A stretch of DNA of 48,617 bases. Origin: Candidatus Yonathbacteria bacterium. GTDB taxonomy: Bacteria > Patescibacteriota > Minisyncoccia > Phycocordibacterales > UBA1550. The number at the start of each line of letters is the position of its first letter. Position 1 is the first letter of the stretch. The translations under genes and the position numbers were made by a program. The stretch lies in assembly GCA_016215205.1 (NCBI GenBank), contig JACRKU010000029.1:1-48617 (forward strand), given 5' to 3'. Shown in pieces: positions 1-8,477 of this stretch. The notes below the pieces were generated by a model. That model was not told the DNA's origin. It ran no database searches and saw only the letters and a program-made list of their open reading frames with translations.

Positions 1-2
1 CA

Positions 3-1682
3 AATCCGAAAAGCAAGGAACATTTTTTCTTTTTGGGGTTGCCGAGTGAAGCGAGGCAGTGGCGGAACGATACGAGCGTACGATTTAGTTTCAAGCCACC
101 ACGCGCTCCGCGCGTGCCTCATTCGGGATTCTGCTGGAAATAAGTCCGAACTTTTTGGTATAATGACCACCAAAGATGATTTTTTGTCAGCAAAGTGCTG
201 ATTTAGTTCGTAGATGACTCCTAATTTCGTGGTTCCAAATCCTTTACCACGCTCATACGGCACACCCTCGGGGAATACCAGCTTCTGGAACTTCGGTTGT
301 AGTTGTGGCACAAGGTCAAACCATTGTCGGCCAAGGTCGGTTATAAACTTGGTGGCATAAATTAACGCGGCCTCAATATCAAATTGCTCAATCCTTGCTT
401 CGCTTAGGGAAATCTTGGTAGTGGCAAATTCGTTCTCCATTTCTTCTTTACGTTCAACAAATTCCTCTTTGGTATAGGACCCGTCCTCTCGCATTTCGTA
501 GATACGTTTTTTCTTTGCCTCGATAAGCTCTAGTTGTTTTGTCCATTTCTCGGCTTCAAGTTCAAACTTCTTACCTTTCTCTTTCCACGCATCGAGTACG
601 CTCTCTTTAAATATCTGTAGCCAATTTTCTTTTGGTGTTATCCGTTCCAGATGAGCTAAGAACTCTTTTTCAAGTTCGAGTTTTGGTATGCCTTTGCCAA
701 ATACGGCACATTCTTTATTTAGGCAGTGGTAATAGGAATATCGGCCACCATTACCTCGAGGCGAGCTTCCGGTGAGTGCCCTCGAGCAAACTCCGCACAT
801 GACCGTTCTTCTAAGAGGAAAGGTTGGATTATATTTGTTGTACTTCATCATCGGCCTCTTTTTACCGGATCGGATAAGAAGAACCTGATACATTTCTTCT
901 TTCGTGATCATTGGCTTATGTTGACCATCGACGTCTTTGCCAGTCCACGGATTGGCAATTATGCCAGCATAAAACTTTAGGTGTTTGCTAAAGAGTCTGT
1001 CTATCAGCTGGGGAGTACTTTTCTTGCCGGTGATATCTTTCAAACCCCACTCATCTAGCTTGCGAGCTAGTCCTACTTGGGAGTGCAGTCCCATACCATA
1101 TTCTCTTAATCCTCGTTGAATGATTGGGAATATCTGCTCATGTGGCGGATCAGGTTGAGTCTTTTTCTCACCACGCTTCTTGAAGTTGGCACACTTATAT
1201 CCTATCGGTGGCTTCCATGGGAATATGCCTTGGTTGATTCGTGCCATCATTCCATCACTACAGCGTTGCTTACGTATTGCATTATCAAATTCGGCGATAC
1301 CGGCAAGGAATGTCTCTAATAATTTTGCTACAGGTTCATTGCCGATTGGCTCGGTAACGGAATGAAGGGTAACTCCATAGGTTGCGAGGATTTTTCTTAT
1401 GGCGAAGTGGTCATCGGCATTTCTAGCAAATCTATCTACACGCAAAACAACAAAGGCTTGGACCTTATCTTTATTCTTGCGACAAAATTCCAACGCCTCA
1501 AGAAATTTCTTTCGGTTCTGAAGACTCAAGTCTTTTGCGCTTTGGCCTTCCTCGCAAAAAACTAGGTCAATTTCAAGACCTTTTTCTTTGCAGTATTTTC
1601 GGCAAAGTTCCTCTTGGTGTTCCAGTGAGGTTCCTTTTACCTGTTCATCGCTTGATACTCTTGTGTAGATTACTGCTTTCAT
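3..1682 (-). CDS. Large serine recombinase (resolvase + recombinase + Zn-ribbon + coiled coil); open to the window edge, so absent from the ORF track
   Basis: Manual translation from ATG 1682: MKAVIYTRVSSDEQ (catalytic Y-x-R-V-S-S), LRVDRFARN, GIFPWKPPIGY, CGVC...HCLNKEC Zn ribbon, then KSSLV at 182-168. No in-frame stop in the stretches I translated, including 3-242. Confidence 0.92.
   Translation of the reverse strand, partial: MKAVIYTRVSSDEQVKGTSLEHQEELCRKYCKEKGLEIDLVFCEEGQSAKDLSLQNRKKFLEALEFCRKNKDKVQAFVVLRVDRFARNADDHFAIRKILATYGVTLHSVTEPIGNEPVAKLLETFLAGIAEFDNAIRKQRCSDGMMARINQGIFPWKPPIGYKCANFKKRGEKKTQPDPPHEQIFPIIQRGLREYGMGLHSQVGLARKLDEWGLKDITGKKSTPQLIDRLFSKHLKFYAGIIANPWTGKDVDGQHKPMITKEEMYQVLLIRSGKKRPMMKYNKYNPTFPLRRTVMCGVCSRALTGSSPRGNGGRYSYYHCLNKECAVFGKGIPKLELEKEFLAHLERITPKENWLQIFKESVLDAWKEKGKKFELEAEKWTKQLELIEAKKKRIYEMREDGSYTKEEFVERKEEMENEFATTKISLSEARIEQFDIEAALIYATKFITDLGRQWFDLVPQLQPKFQKLVFPEGVPYERGKGFGTTKLGVIYELNQHFADKKSSLVVIIPKSSDLFPAESRMRHARSAWWLETKSYARIVPPLPRFTRQPQKEKMFLAFRI
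156..164 (+). promoter_or_regulatory. Extended -10 promoter motif TGGTATAAT pointing at the left junction
   Basis: Perfect TGn-TATAAT; predicted start ~170-171. Confidence 0.5.
167..170. repeat. Candidate left attachment core (CCAC, context GACCACCA)
   Basis: Shared with GTCCACAA at 12107-12114; lies at integrase codon 505. Confidence 0.65.
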
Positions 1683-1755
1683 ATTTTTGTAAGGCCTAGA
1701 TTGCAAACACACCCTATACTATTTCTGTCGACAGGCTAAGCTCGGTTGCCCACAG

Positions 1756-2187
1756 CTACTTACTGGTGCTTTTCCGCTTTATTTTCTCTAGTATCTTTTC
1801 AAGCTCGAGATACTGCCCGGTGCCATCGGCTTCATCCTCCGGTTCTTTGTTCACTCCAGTTTTGCCAAAGCAGTAGTCGAGGATAGTTTTAGCGGCTCTG
1901 AATTTCATTGTATCTTTTTTACTTCCCATGAGGGCAATGATCATGGTAGCGGCCACCTCGACCTTTTTCTTAAATATACTATCGACCACTGAATCGCACA
2001 TTGCATTCGTTTCCTTTTCGTAAGCATCGTACTCGTCTTTGAGTAAGCCACTCGGGCGGAACCACCTTTTTACCGTCACCGGCGAGACTAGGAGTAATTG
2101 TGCTATTTCGGGATAGGAAAATCCCTCGTATTTGAGATGAACTGCTTTCTGGTATTTTTGATTTTTTATGTCTATTGTTTTTGTCAT
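1756..2187 (-). CDS. HTH protein resembling a phage terminase small subunit
   Basis: N-terminal HTH (GFSYPEIAQLLLVSPVTVKRWF) plus TerS-like helical motif AATMIIALMGS..DTMKFRAAKTILD..FGK. Confidence 0.5.
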   Translation of the reverse strand: MTKTIDIKNQKYQKAVHLKYEGFSYPEIAQLLLVSPVTVKRWFRPSGLLKDEYDAYEKETNAMCDSVVDSIFKKKVEVAATMIIALMGSKKDTMKFRAAKTILDYCFGKTGVNKEPEDEADGTGQYLELEKILEKIKRKSTSK

Positions 2188-2191
2188 ATGG

Positions 2192-2307
2192 GTATCATTT
2201 AGTATCGTTTGTGGTAATTAACTTTCTCGTTTTTGGTGTTAGTTAGTGTTAGTTGGTGTGAGTACTTTTCCTCAAAATGTTGCCGTTTGTTGCGGATTGT
2301 TGCCGAT
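2192..2307. repeat. Three arrays of 10-bp tandem repeats (candidate iterons/origin)
   Basis: GTATCATTTA/GTATCGTTTG (2192-2211); GTGTTAGTTA/GTGTTAGTTG/GTGTGAGTAC (2236-2265); TGTTGCCGTT/TGTTGCGGAT/TGTTGCCGAT (2278-2307). Confidence 0.75.
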
Positions 2308-3105
2308 TTAGCCACTTTCACCGGCTATTGTGAGGAGTGAGTTAAAATATGCACCCTTCTTTTGGATCGACCTTTCTGGACTATCACGCATGAGCTTGTA
2401 AGTTTGCTCAAGCTTGGCCAATCCATGCTTTCGGAGTGCTGAAAGCATGAAGCTCATATCAACTTCCTCTAGGTACCGAGCAATCTCAAGACACTTCTCC
2501 TCTTCAAAGGTTCTTGGACTGAAACTTCTTACGGGACGACGAGTCGATCGATTGTTTTTATTTTCTTTCTCGTTATCGTTCTTAGGACTTCTGCCAGACG
2601 AACTTTCAGAAGTGAAAGAAAACCTTTCTACCAAAGCATTTTTATCGCTTTCCAACTTCTGCCGAACATCACCTACTTCTGTCGGTGCCTCTGCCAGAGA
2701 TTGCTCATCAGTAGCGTCCACACTTCTGCCGGACTTCTGTTCAAAGCGATGTTCAATATACTTAAATGTGCCGTCGGATAAGGGATAATTGCCGATATCC
2801 ACATGGAACGAACTTCTGCGACCTTGTTGTCCAGCAAACCATACCCACTTCTTCCGCTTAAGGTTTAACATCAGCCGGTTGATATGGTTCTTGGAGTATT
2901 TCTCTTTGAAATCTTTTGAAAGACCGGCATAACTTACTTGGGCCCGGCCGTTCCGGGGATTGGCGTTGACCCAAAGCCAGACCAAAACCGAGTATTCTTC
3001 AAACTTCAAATAACCGTCTACAAGGGCGGTTTTAATGCTTCGGGGAAGCTTTACGTAGTCGTTATTGTCTATTTTGAAGGGTAGATTTTCCATATTCATA
3101 TTCAT
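2308..3105 (-). CDS. Putative replication initiator (N-terminal wHTH, low-complexity linker, small helical C-domain)
   Basis: YVKLPRSI..EEYSVLVWLWVNAN..SYAGLS..INRLMLNLKRKKWV wHTH and C-terminal SIQKKGAYFNSLL, typical of phage/plasmid Rep architecture. Confidence 0.55.
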   Translation of the reverse strand: MNMNMENLPFKIDNNDYVKLPRSIKTALVDGYLKFEEYSVLVWLWVNANPRNGRAQVSYAGLSKDFKEKYSKNHINRLMLNLKRKKWVWFAGQQGRRSSFHVDIGNYPLSDGTFKYIEHRFEQKSGRSVDATDEQSLAEAPTEVGDVRQKLESDKNALVERFSFTSESSSGRSPKNDNEKENKNNRSTRRPVRSFSPRTFEEEKCLEIARYLEEVDMSFMLSALRKHGLAKLEQTYKLMRDSPERSIQKKGAYFNSLLTIAGESG

Positions 3106-3120
3106 TCGGCCGGACCGGCT

Positions 3121-3384
3121 TTAATTCATCGCATCGTTATACATAAGCGATTTAAGTTCTTTAATGGCCGACACAAATTCCTTAGCGTTGACTTCGACCA
3201 AGCCCGCAAAGAAAGCGCTTACCAACTGGGGACGATCCGGTTCATTGGTAAAAATAAAATGAAACCGGCGTGAGTCGGCTTTGTCTATGCCCAGCAATCT
3301 ATATCCCTTGGCGACGAGAAAAGCGGCCGCGTAGAAGTCGCTGGTAGTAAAATTATTGTTGTCCGGCTGGTTTTTCATTTTCAT
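3121..3384 (-). CDS. DUF5659-like small protein
   Basis: FTTSDFYAAAFLVAKGYRL.GIDK...RFHFIF...FFAG.VEVNAKEF..AIKELK matches my recollection of this CPR-element family. Confidence 0.65.
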   Translation of the reverse strand: MKMKNQPDNNNFTTSDFYAAAFLVAKGYRLLGIDKADSRRFHFIFTNEPDRPQLVSAFFAGLVEVNAKEFVSAIKELKSLMYNDAMN

Positions 3385-3547
3385 TATCTTTAACTTCTTT
3401 TTCTTTCTTGGTTTTTATTCTTTCTGCGTGCCACTGTTCGAAGATGACTTCAGCGAGCATAAAAAATCCGTCTCTGATTTCCTCGATTTGTTTATCAGAG
3501 AGCTTGGGATCGTTAACCAATTCTTTTACCCGCTCGACGCTTAACAT
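3353..3547 (-). CDS. Small hypothetical element protein
   Basis: Likely start ATG 3547 (MLSVERVKELVNDPKLSDKQIEEIRD); overlaps the next gene in operon fashion. Confidence 0.55.
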   Translation of the reverse strand: MLSVERVKELVNDPKLSDKQIEEIRDGFFMLAEVIFEQWHAERIKTKKEKEVKDNENEKPAGQQ

Positions 3548-3678
3548 GTATTCATCGTATCGAGATGGGTGCGCCTCTTTACATACTCTTTCGCTGAATT
3601 TGCAACACAAAAAAGACGACTGTTTTAGTCGCTTCGGTAGAAACTTATTAACAAGTACCTTGAGAGTATCTTGCGATC

Positions 3679-4350
3679 CTATTCCTTTTTGAGAATTACA
3701 TTCGGATTAATCCGGTAGCCTGAATCCTGCCAGCCCACAATAAATTCGGATACTTTCAATTTCTTATGTACCATGCGCTTTATGGCCTGCACCGCACTTT
3801 GAACTGATTTGATACTTGAAAGATCAGTTAAATCAATTAGAGTTTTGGTCGGGATATACTTCCGGCTTGTCATCAAAGCCATAACAAGCTTCATTCGTCC
3901 GCTCGAGTTCTCCATACGGAAAGTATATTGGCTTTTAGGCTCACGATATAGTTCGCCGTCGGCTGATATGTAAACAGTGACCATTGGACCGGCCGGAGCT
4001 ACAGCTTTTTTCGTTAATGCCTCAGCTAAAGAAATGGCCGCTTGTCTGGCAAATGTTTTTATAAAATGTTCGTCATATTCAGTCAGTCCTTCAAACTTGC
4101 TTGTCCTGCGCTCTAAAAGTACACGAATACTTTTTACTTCATGTTTTGTTTCAACGATCTCCTTCGTCAGATCGATGATTGCTGATTCATTCTTTTCAAT
4201 AACCTTGTCAGCTTCAAGGATACCAGCCGATTCCAGCGATGACCGGAGTATATTTTTGGTATCCCCAATAGAAAAGGTATACCGGCTTTCTATTGCTACT
4301 TTTCTTCCTGTTGATGTGACAGGTTTAGTCTTTTTCATTTTCATACTCAT
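3679..4350 (-). CDS. Protein with C-terminal OmpR/PhoB-type winged-helix DNA-binding domain
   Basis: C-terminal KLVMALMTS.KYIPTKTL...SVQSAVQAIKR...FIVGWQDSGYRIN. Start is probably 4350, 4344 or 4338, downstream of the leftward promoter. Confidence 0.6.
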   Translation of the reverse strand: MSMKMKKTKPVTSTGRKVAIESRYTFSIGDTKNILRSSLESAGILEADKVIEKNESAIIDLTKEIVETKHEVKSIRVLLERRTSKFEGLTEYDEHFIKTFARQAAISLAEALTKKAVAPAGPMVTVYISADGELYREPKSQYTFRMENSSGRMKLVMALMTSRKYIPTKTLIDLTDLSSIKSVQSAVQAIKRMVHKKLKVSEFIVGWQDSGYRINPNVILKKE

Positions 4351-4366
4351 TTTTACTCTCAAAACC

Positions 4367-4417
4367 ATTATGACAAAAGACGGCGATTTTGACAATGAAC
4401 TTGGAAAGGGATAAAAT
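4367..4417. promoter_or_regulatory. Back-to-back sigma70 promoters with overlapping -35 boxes
   Basis: + strand: TTGACA(4389-94)-N17-TAAAAT(4412-17). - strand: TTGTCA(4395-90)-N17-CATAAT(4372-67). Confidence 0.7.
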
Positions 4418-4448
4418 GCTATCAAGACTAAAAAGTCAGTTTAATTTT

Positions 4449-4640
4449 ATGGCCGAAATCGAAAAACTTTTAACCATTGAGGAAATCGCCGAGATATTGC
4501 GAGTGCATACTCGCACCGTAACCCGATATATTGAATCGGGCCGGTTGAAGGCATCCAAGCTGGGAGTCTGGAGAATCAAACAGTCTGATCTGAATGCTTT
4601 TCTTGAGGAGACCAGTAACGTAAAGAAAAAGAAGAAATAA
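4449..4640 (+). CDS. Excisionase-family HTH_17/MerR-like DNA-binding protein
   Basis: LLTIEEIAEILRVHTRTVTRYIESGRLKASKLGVWRIKQSDL; ATG 4449 lies downstream of the promoter. Confidence 0.85.
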   Translation: MAEIEKLLTIEEIAEILRVHTRTVTRYIESGRLKASKLGVWRIKQSDLNAFLEETSNVKKKKK

Positions 4641-4643
4641 TAT

Positions 4644-6191
4644 ATGGCATCACTAAACTGGATTGGAAAAGAAGCTGTAGTAAACCACGATAAGGAGGTG
4701 CCTTTTAAGTTGCTGAAGAAGGTTAAGACAGCATCCGTTGGTGACAATTCTCAAAATCTTATAATCCACGGCGATAACTTGGAGGCCTTGAAGGCATTAA
4801 TGCCTCATTACTACGGCAAAATAAAGTGCATTTATATCGATCCACCTTATAACACTGGTAATGAGGGGTGGATATACAACGATAAAGTTAATTCTCCCAA
4901 AATCAAGCAGTGGCTCGGTAAGGTTGTTGGCCGAGAATCAGAAGATTTAACACGGCACGATAAATGGCTTTGTATGATCTATCCTAGGTTAAAACTGTTA
5001 AGAGATTTACTGACAGAGGATGGTTCTATCTTTGTTTCAATCGATGATAACGAGCACTGCAATCTACGGTTGGCCATGGACGATATCTTCGGGGAGATAA
5101 ATTTTGTAACGACCATAATTTGGCAGAAGAAATATACACAAAGTAACGATGCAAAGTATTTTTCAAATACGCACGACTTTATTATTTGTTATGCAAAAAA
5201 TAAAGAAAATAAGAATTTCAAAATAAACCTTCTGGCCAGAACAGAGGAACAAGATGCACGCTATAAAAATCCCGATAACGATCCTCGTGGAGTCTGGATG
5301 ACGCAACCTTTGCACGCAAAGAGTGGTACGGATAAAACATATGAGTTCACTTTCTCAAACGGTGTAAAGTGGAAACCACCCGCTGGCACGTTCCCTCGCT
5401 ATAGCATCAATACCCTAAAAGAAGCTGACGCTGGAGGCACAATTTGGTTTGGAAAAAATGGGAATGCTGTTCCTCGCCTTAAGAAATATCTTGCTGAAAT
5501 GAAGCAGGGCGTGATTCCTAAAACAATATGGTTATATGACGAAGTCGGAAGTAACGATGATGCCAAGCGAGCTATAAAACATCTTTTTGATGATAATCCT
5601 TTTGATTCTCCAAAACCTCCATCATTAATTAAGCAGATCATTAAACTTTCTAGTAATCCCGACGATACAGTTTTGGATTCGTTTGCTGGCTCTGGCACGA
5701 CTGGCCATGCGGTTTTGGAGTTGAATAAAGAGGATGGCGGTACTCGCAAATTTATCATGGTTGAGATGGAGGATGTGGTAGCAAAAAATATAACTGCTGA
5801 GAGAGTCAAAAGAGCAATTAAAAAATATGGTTACAAGGATGGTTTTGAATACTGCGAGCTCGACAAGCCACTTTTTAACGAACATGGCCAAATTGAAGAA
5901 ACTTGCGACTTTAGACAGTTTGCTACTTATATTTATTTTACTGAGACCCAAACGAATATAGACCCAAAGAAAATTGATGAGAATTTCATCGGCGAACTTG
6001 AGACAACCGAATATTATCTACTCTACAAAGGTAAGAATAAGAACGATCTTGATAAGTCATTTCTCAAAAAGATTAAGGATACCGATAGCAAGAAAGTGAT
6101 ATACGCAGACCGGTGTCTGATTGATGACGATACGCTCGCAAGACACAATATCGTCTTCAAGCAGATCCCTTATGAAGTAAAAGTCTACTAA
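4644..6191 (+). CDS. mod: Type III restriction-modification methyltransferase (N6-A, beta class)
   Basis: IIHGDNLEALK, motif IV IYIDPPYNTG, motif I VLDSFAGSGTT; directly upstream of res. Confidence 0.92.
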   Translation: MASLNWIGKEAVVNHDKEVPFKLLKKVKTASVGDNSQNLIIHGDNLEALKALMPHYYGKIKCIYIDPPYNTGNEGWIYNDKVNSPKIKQWLGKVVGRESEDLTRHDKWLCMIYPRLKLLRDLLTEDGSIFVSIDDNEHCNLRLAMDDIFGEINFVTTIIWQKKYTQSNDAKYFSNTHDFIICYAKNKENKNFKINLLARTEEQDARYKNPDNDPRGVWMTQPLHAKSGTDKTYEFTFSNGVKWKPPAGTFPRYSINTLKEADAGGTIWFGKNGNAVPRLKKYLAEMKQGVIPKTIWLYDEVGSNDDAKRAIKHLFDDNPFDSPKPPSLIKQIIKLSSNPDDTVLDSFAGSGTTGHAVLELNKEDGGTRKFIMVEMEDVVAKNITAERVKRAIKKYGYKDGFEYCELDKPLFNEHGQIEETCDFRQFATYIYFTETQTNIDPKKIDENFIGELETTEYYLLYKGKNKNDLDKSFLKKIKDTDSKKVIYADRCLIDDDTLARHNIVFKQIPYEVKVY

Positions 6192-6195
6192 TACT

Positions 6196-8463
6196 ATGGA
6201 ACTTAAAAAATACCAAAAAAATACATTAGAAACGCTCGAACAATTCTTGAAAGAACTGCGTAAGGCTGGCCTCAAGTATGCTTTTATGGGCATCACTGAA
6301 AAGCCCTATCATGCCGAGGCATTTGGTGAGGTTCCTTTTGTTTGTATTAAAATCCCAACCGGTGGTGGAAAGACCCTCGTAGGTTGCCATGCAATAGAGA
6401 AAATTATGACTGGCGCGCTCCATCATAAGTTGGACCGAGGGATAGTGCTTTGGTTTACGCCCTCTGAAGCAATCAAGACTCAAACACTCAAGAAGTTTAA
6501 AGACCGGAAAGACTGGCATCGTAGGGTTCTTGATGAAGCGTTTGATAACAGCGTAAAGGTATTTTCAAATGAAGAAGCATTGAGTATTCGCAAGGAAGAT
6601 GTAAACGATAATCTTTGCATCGTCATCTCCAGCCTTGAGGCGTTCCGCAAAGAAAAATCTCTCCAGAATAAGTACAAGGTGTATCAAGAAAACGGTACAC
6701 TCCTGACTCATTTTGAGAACATAGACGAGCCGGATTATCTTGAGCGTGACAGTGAAGGATCGGTAATTAATTCACTAGCAAACGTTGTCCGATTGAGTAA
6801 TCCGCTTATCGTGATCGATGAAGGTCATAAAACGACAACCAAACTATCAATTGATTTCCTGAAAGACTTAAATCCAAGCTTTATTGTTGAATATACCGCA
6901 ACACCACGCAGTGAGAGTAATATTCTGGTTGAGATTCATGCTTCAGAACTTAAGGATGAGCAGATGGTGAAAATTCCTATTGTGCTTGAGAGTTCGGCTC
7001 AATGGCAGAATTCAGTGACTAGAGGAATTGAGAAAAGGATTGAACTTGAGAAGGATGCTAAGAAAATTAAAGGAGAATATATTCGTCCGATTGCTCTATT
7101 GCAAGCACAGCCTAAGAGCAAAGACGGTCATACTGTTACCGTTGAACATATAAAAGATTTCTTGCTTGAACGAAAGATTTCAGCCGACGAAATTGCGATC
7201 AAGACTTCCGAGAAAAATGAACTTGAGGGAGTCGATCTCTTTAGTAAGAGTTGCAAAATTCGTTACATCATTACTGTCAATGCTTTGGCAGAAGGATGGG
7301 ACTGTTCCTTTGCTTATATTCTTGTCTCGGTTGCCAACCTTGGATCAAAGATTGCAGTTGAGCAGATTATCGGACGCATCATTCGTTTGCCTTATGCAAA
7401 AAGGAAAGCTAATGAAGACTTCAATAGGAGTTATGTCTTTGCTTCGGCAAGAGACTTTAACGAAGCGGCCGGTCAAATCATTTCCGGACTTGAAAGTAAC
7501 GGATACAGCAAGTCTGATCTTATCAGTGCCGACAAGAAAGATGCGACTTATGAGCTCGAAGCTAAAAAGGCCGTATCCGATGTGCTCAAGGTGCCGATGA
7601 TGGCCCTCGAAGGCGATCAGTTATCTTTTGAGGACTTGATTGGAAATGACTTTGAGCTTGCTAACCAAGATCATAAGTTCGAGTTCCAAATCCATTACGA
7701 TAATGATGGCAGAGCGATTATTGATATCCAGAAGGACAATGAGTGGATGCGTGGAGCCCAGATGTACTTGAAGTTGCGATACTCCGATAAAAACTATACA
7801 AAAAGTGAGCTGGTGCAGTGGCTGGATAAAAAACTGCGTTTTCCGTTACTCGAAAAATCAGACAAGGTGAGCTTTCTTGATAAAGCTATCGAGTATCAGC
7901 TTAAAACCCGTACTCTATCCGAACTATCCGTAAACCGTTACGTATTGGCTGATCGAATGAGCGAGTTTATTAATGGGGTTCTGGAAAAGTACGCAAAGGA
8001 AAAGTTTGATACGCTTTTACAAAAGAAGAAAATATCAACGAAGCCATTTGAGGCTTTCCCAAACACCATCTCTCTCAAACAGGCGGTGCCACAAGAATTC
8101 AATAGAAATTATTACGAGAAGATAGATAAGCTCAATGGTGAGGAGCTGAGTTTCGTCCAGCGTCTCGATCTGGACACTCTCCCCAACATTAAGTATTGGG
8201 TTCGTAGCCGAGAAAAGGTTGATCCGTTTTATATTCAGGGCTGGAAGCGAGGTAAGTTCTATCCCGATTTTATTGCGGTCACAAAGAAAGGTCAGATTAT
8301 AGCTCTAGAGTGGAAGGGTGCGGACCGGATCAGTAATGAAGATACAGCCTATAAGATAGAAATTGGAGAAGTATGGTCGAAGCTCGGTGGAGGAAAACTA
8401 CACTTTTTCTTAGTTCATACCGGGAATGTTGAAGAGACGCTAAGGGCGGTTAAGGAACTATAA
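6196..8463 (+). CDS. res: Type III restriction endonuclease subunit (SF2 helicase + PD-(D/E)xK nuclease)
   Basis: Walker A IPTGGGKT, VIDEGH, YTATP, LAEGWD, EQIIGRIIR, C-terminal FYPDF...LEWKG. Confidence 0.9.
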   Translation: MELKKYQKNTLETLEQFLKELRKAGLKYAFMGITEKPYHAEAFGEVPFVCIKIPTGGGKTLVGCHAIEKIMTGALHHKLDRGIVLWFTPSEAIKTQTLKKFKDRKDWHRRVLDEAFDNSVKVFSNEEALSIRKEDVNDNLCIVISSLEAFRKEKSLQNKYKVYQENGTLLTHFENIDEPDYLERDSEGSVINSLANVVRLSNPLIVIDEGHKTTTKLSIDFLKDLNPSFIVEYTATPRSESNILVEIHASELKDEQMVKIPIVLESSAQWQNSVTRGIEKRIELEKDAKKIKGEYIRPIALLQAQPKSKDGHTVTVEHIKDFLLERKISADEIAIKTSEKNELEGVDLFSKSCKIRYIITVNALAEGWDCSFAYILVSVANLGSKIAVEQIIGRIIRLPYAKRKANEDFNRSYVFASARDFNEAAGQIISGLESNGYSKSDLISADKKDATYELEAKKAVSDVLKVPMMALEGDQLSFEDLIGNDFELANQDHKFEFQIHYDNDGRAIIDIQKDNEWMRGAQMYLKLRYSDKNYTKSELVQWLDKKLRFPLLEKSDKVSFLDKAIEYQLKTRTLSELSVNRYVLADRMSEFINGVLEKYAKEKFDTLLQKKKISTKPFEAFPNTISLKQAVPQEFNRNYYEKIDKLNGEELSFVQRLDLDTLPNIKYWVRSREKVDPFYIQGWKRGKFYPDFIAVTKKGQIIALEWKGADRISNEDTAYKIEIGEVWSKLGGGKLHFFLVHTGNVEETLRAVKEL

Positions 8464-8477
8464 CTAGATGCCCAGAC

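Noticed and set aside
726-1565. Short + strand ORFs (726, 1116, 1180, 1362)
   Set aside because: Antisense shadows of the recombinase with no recognisable motifs.
1551-1566. Suspected frameshift in the recombinase at the A-run
   Set aside because: The run is six A (1556-1561), giving in-frame LVFCEEGQSAK. The gene is missing from the ORF track only because it has no stop inside the window.
2192-2307. CRISPR array
   Set aside because: 10-bp units without spacers and no cas genes. The 21-nt repeats at 48110-48172 are coding heptads. No CRISPR array was found anywhere in the window.
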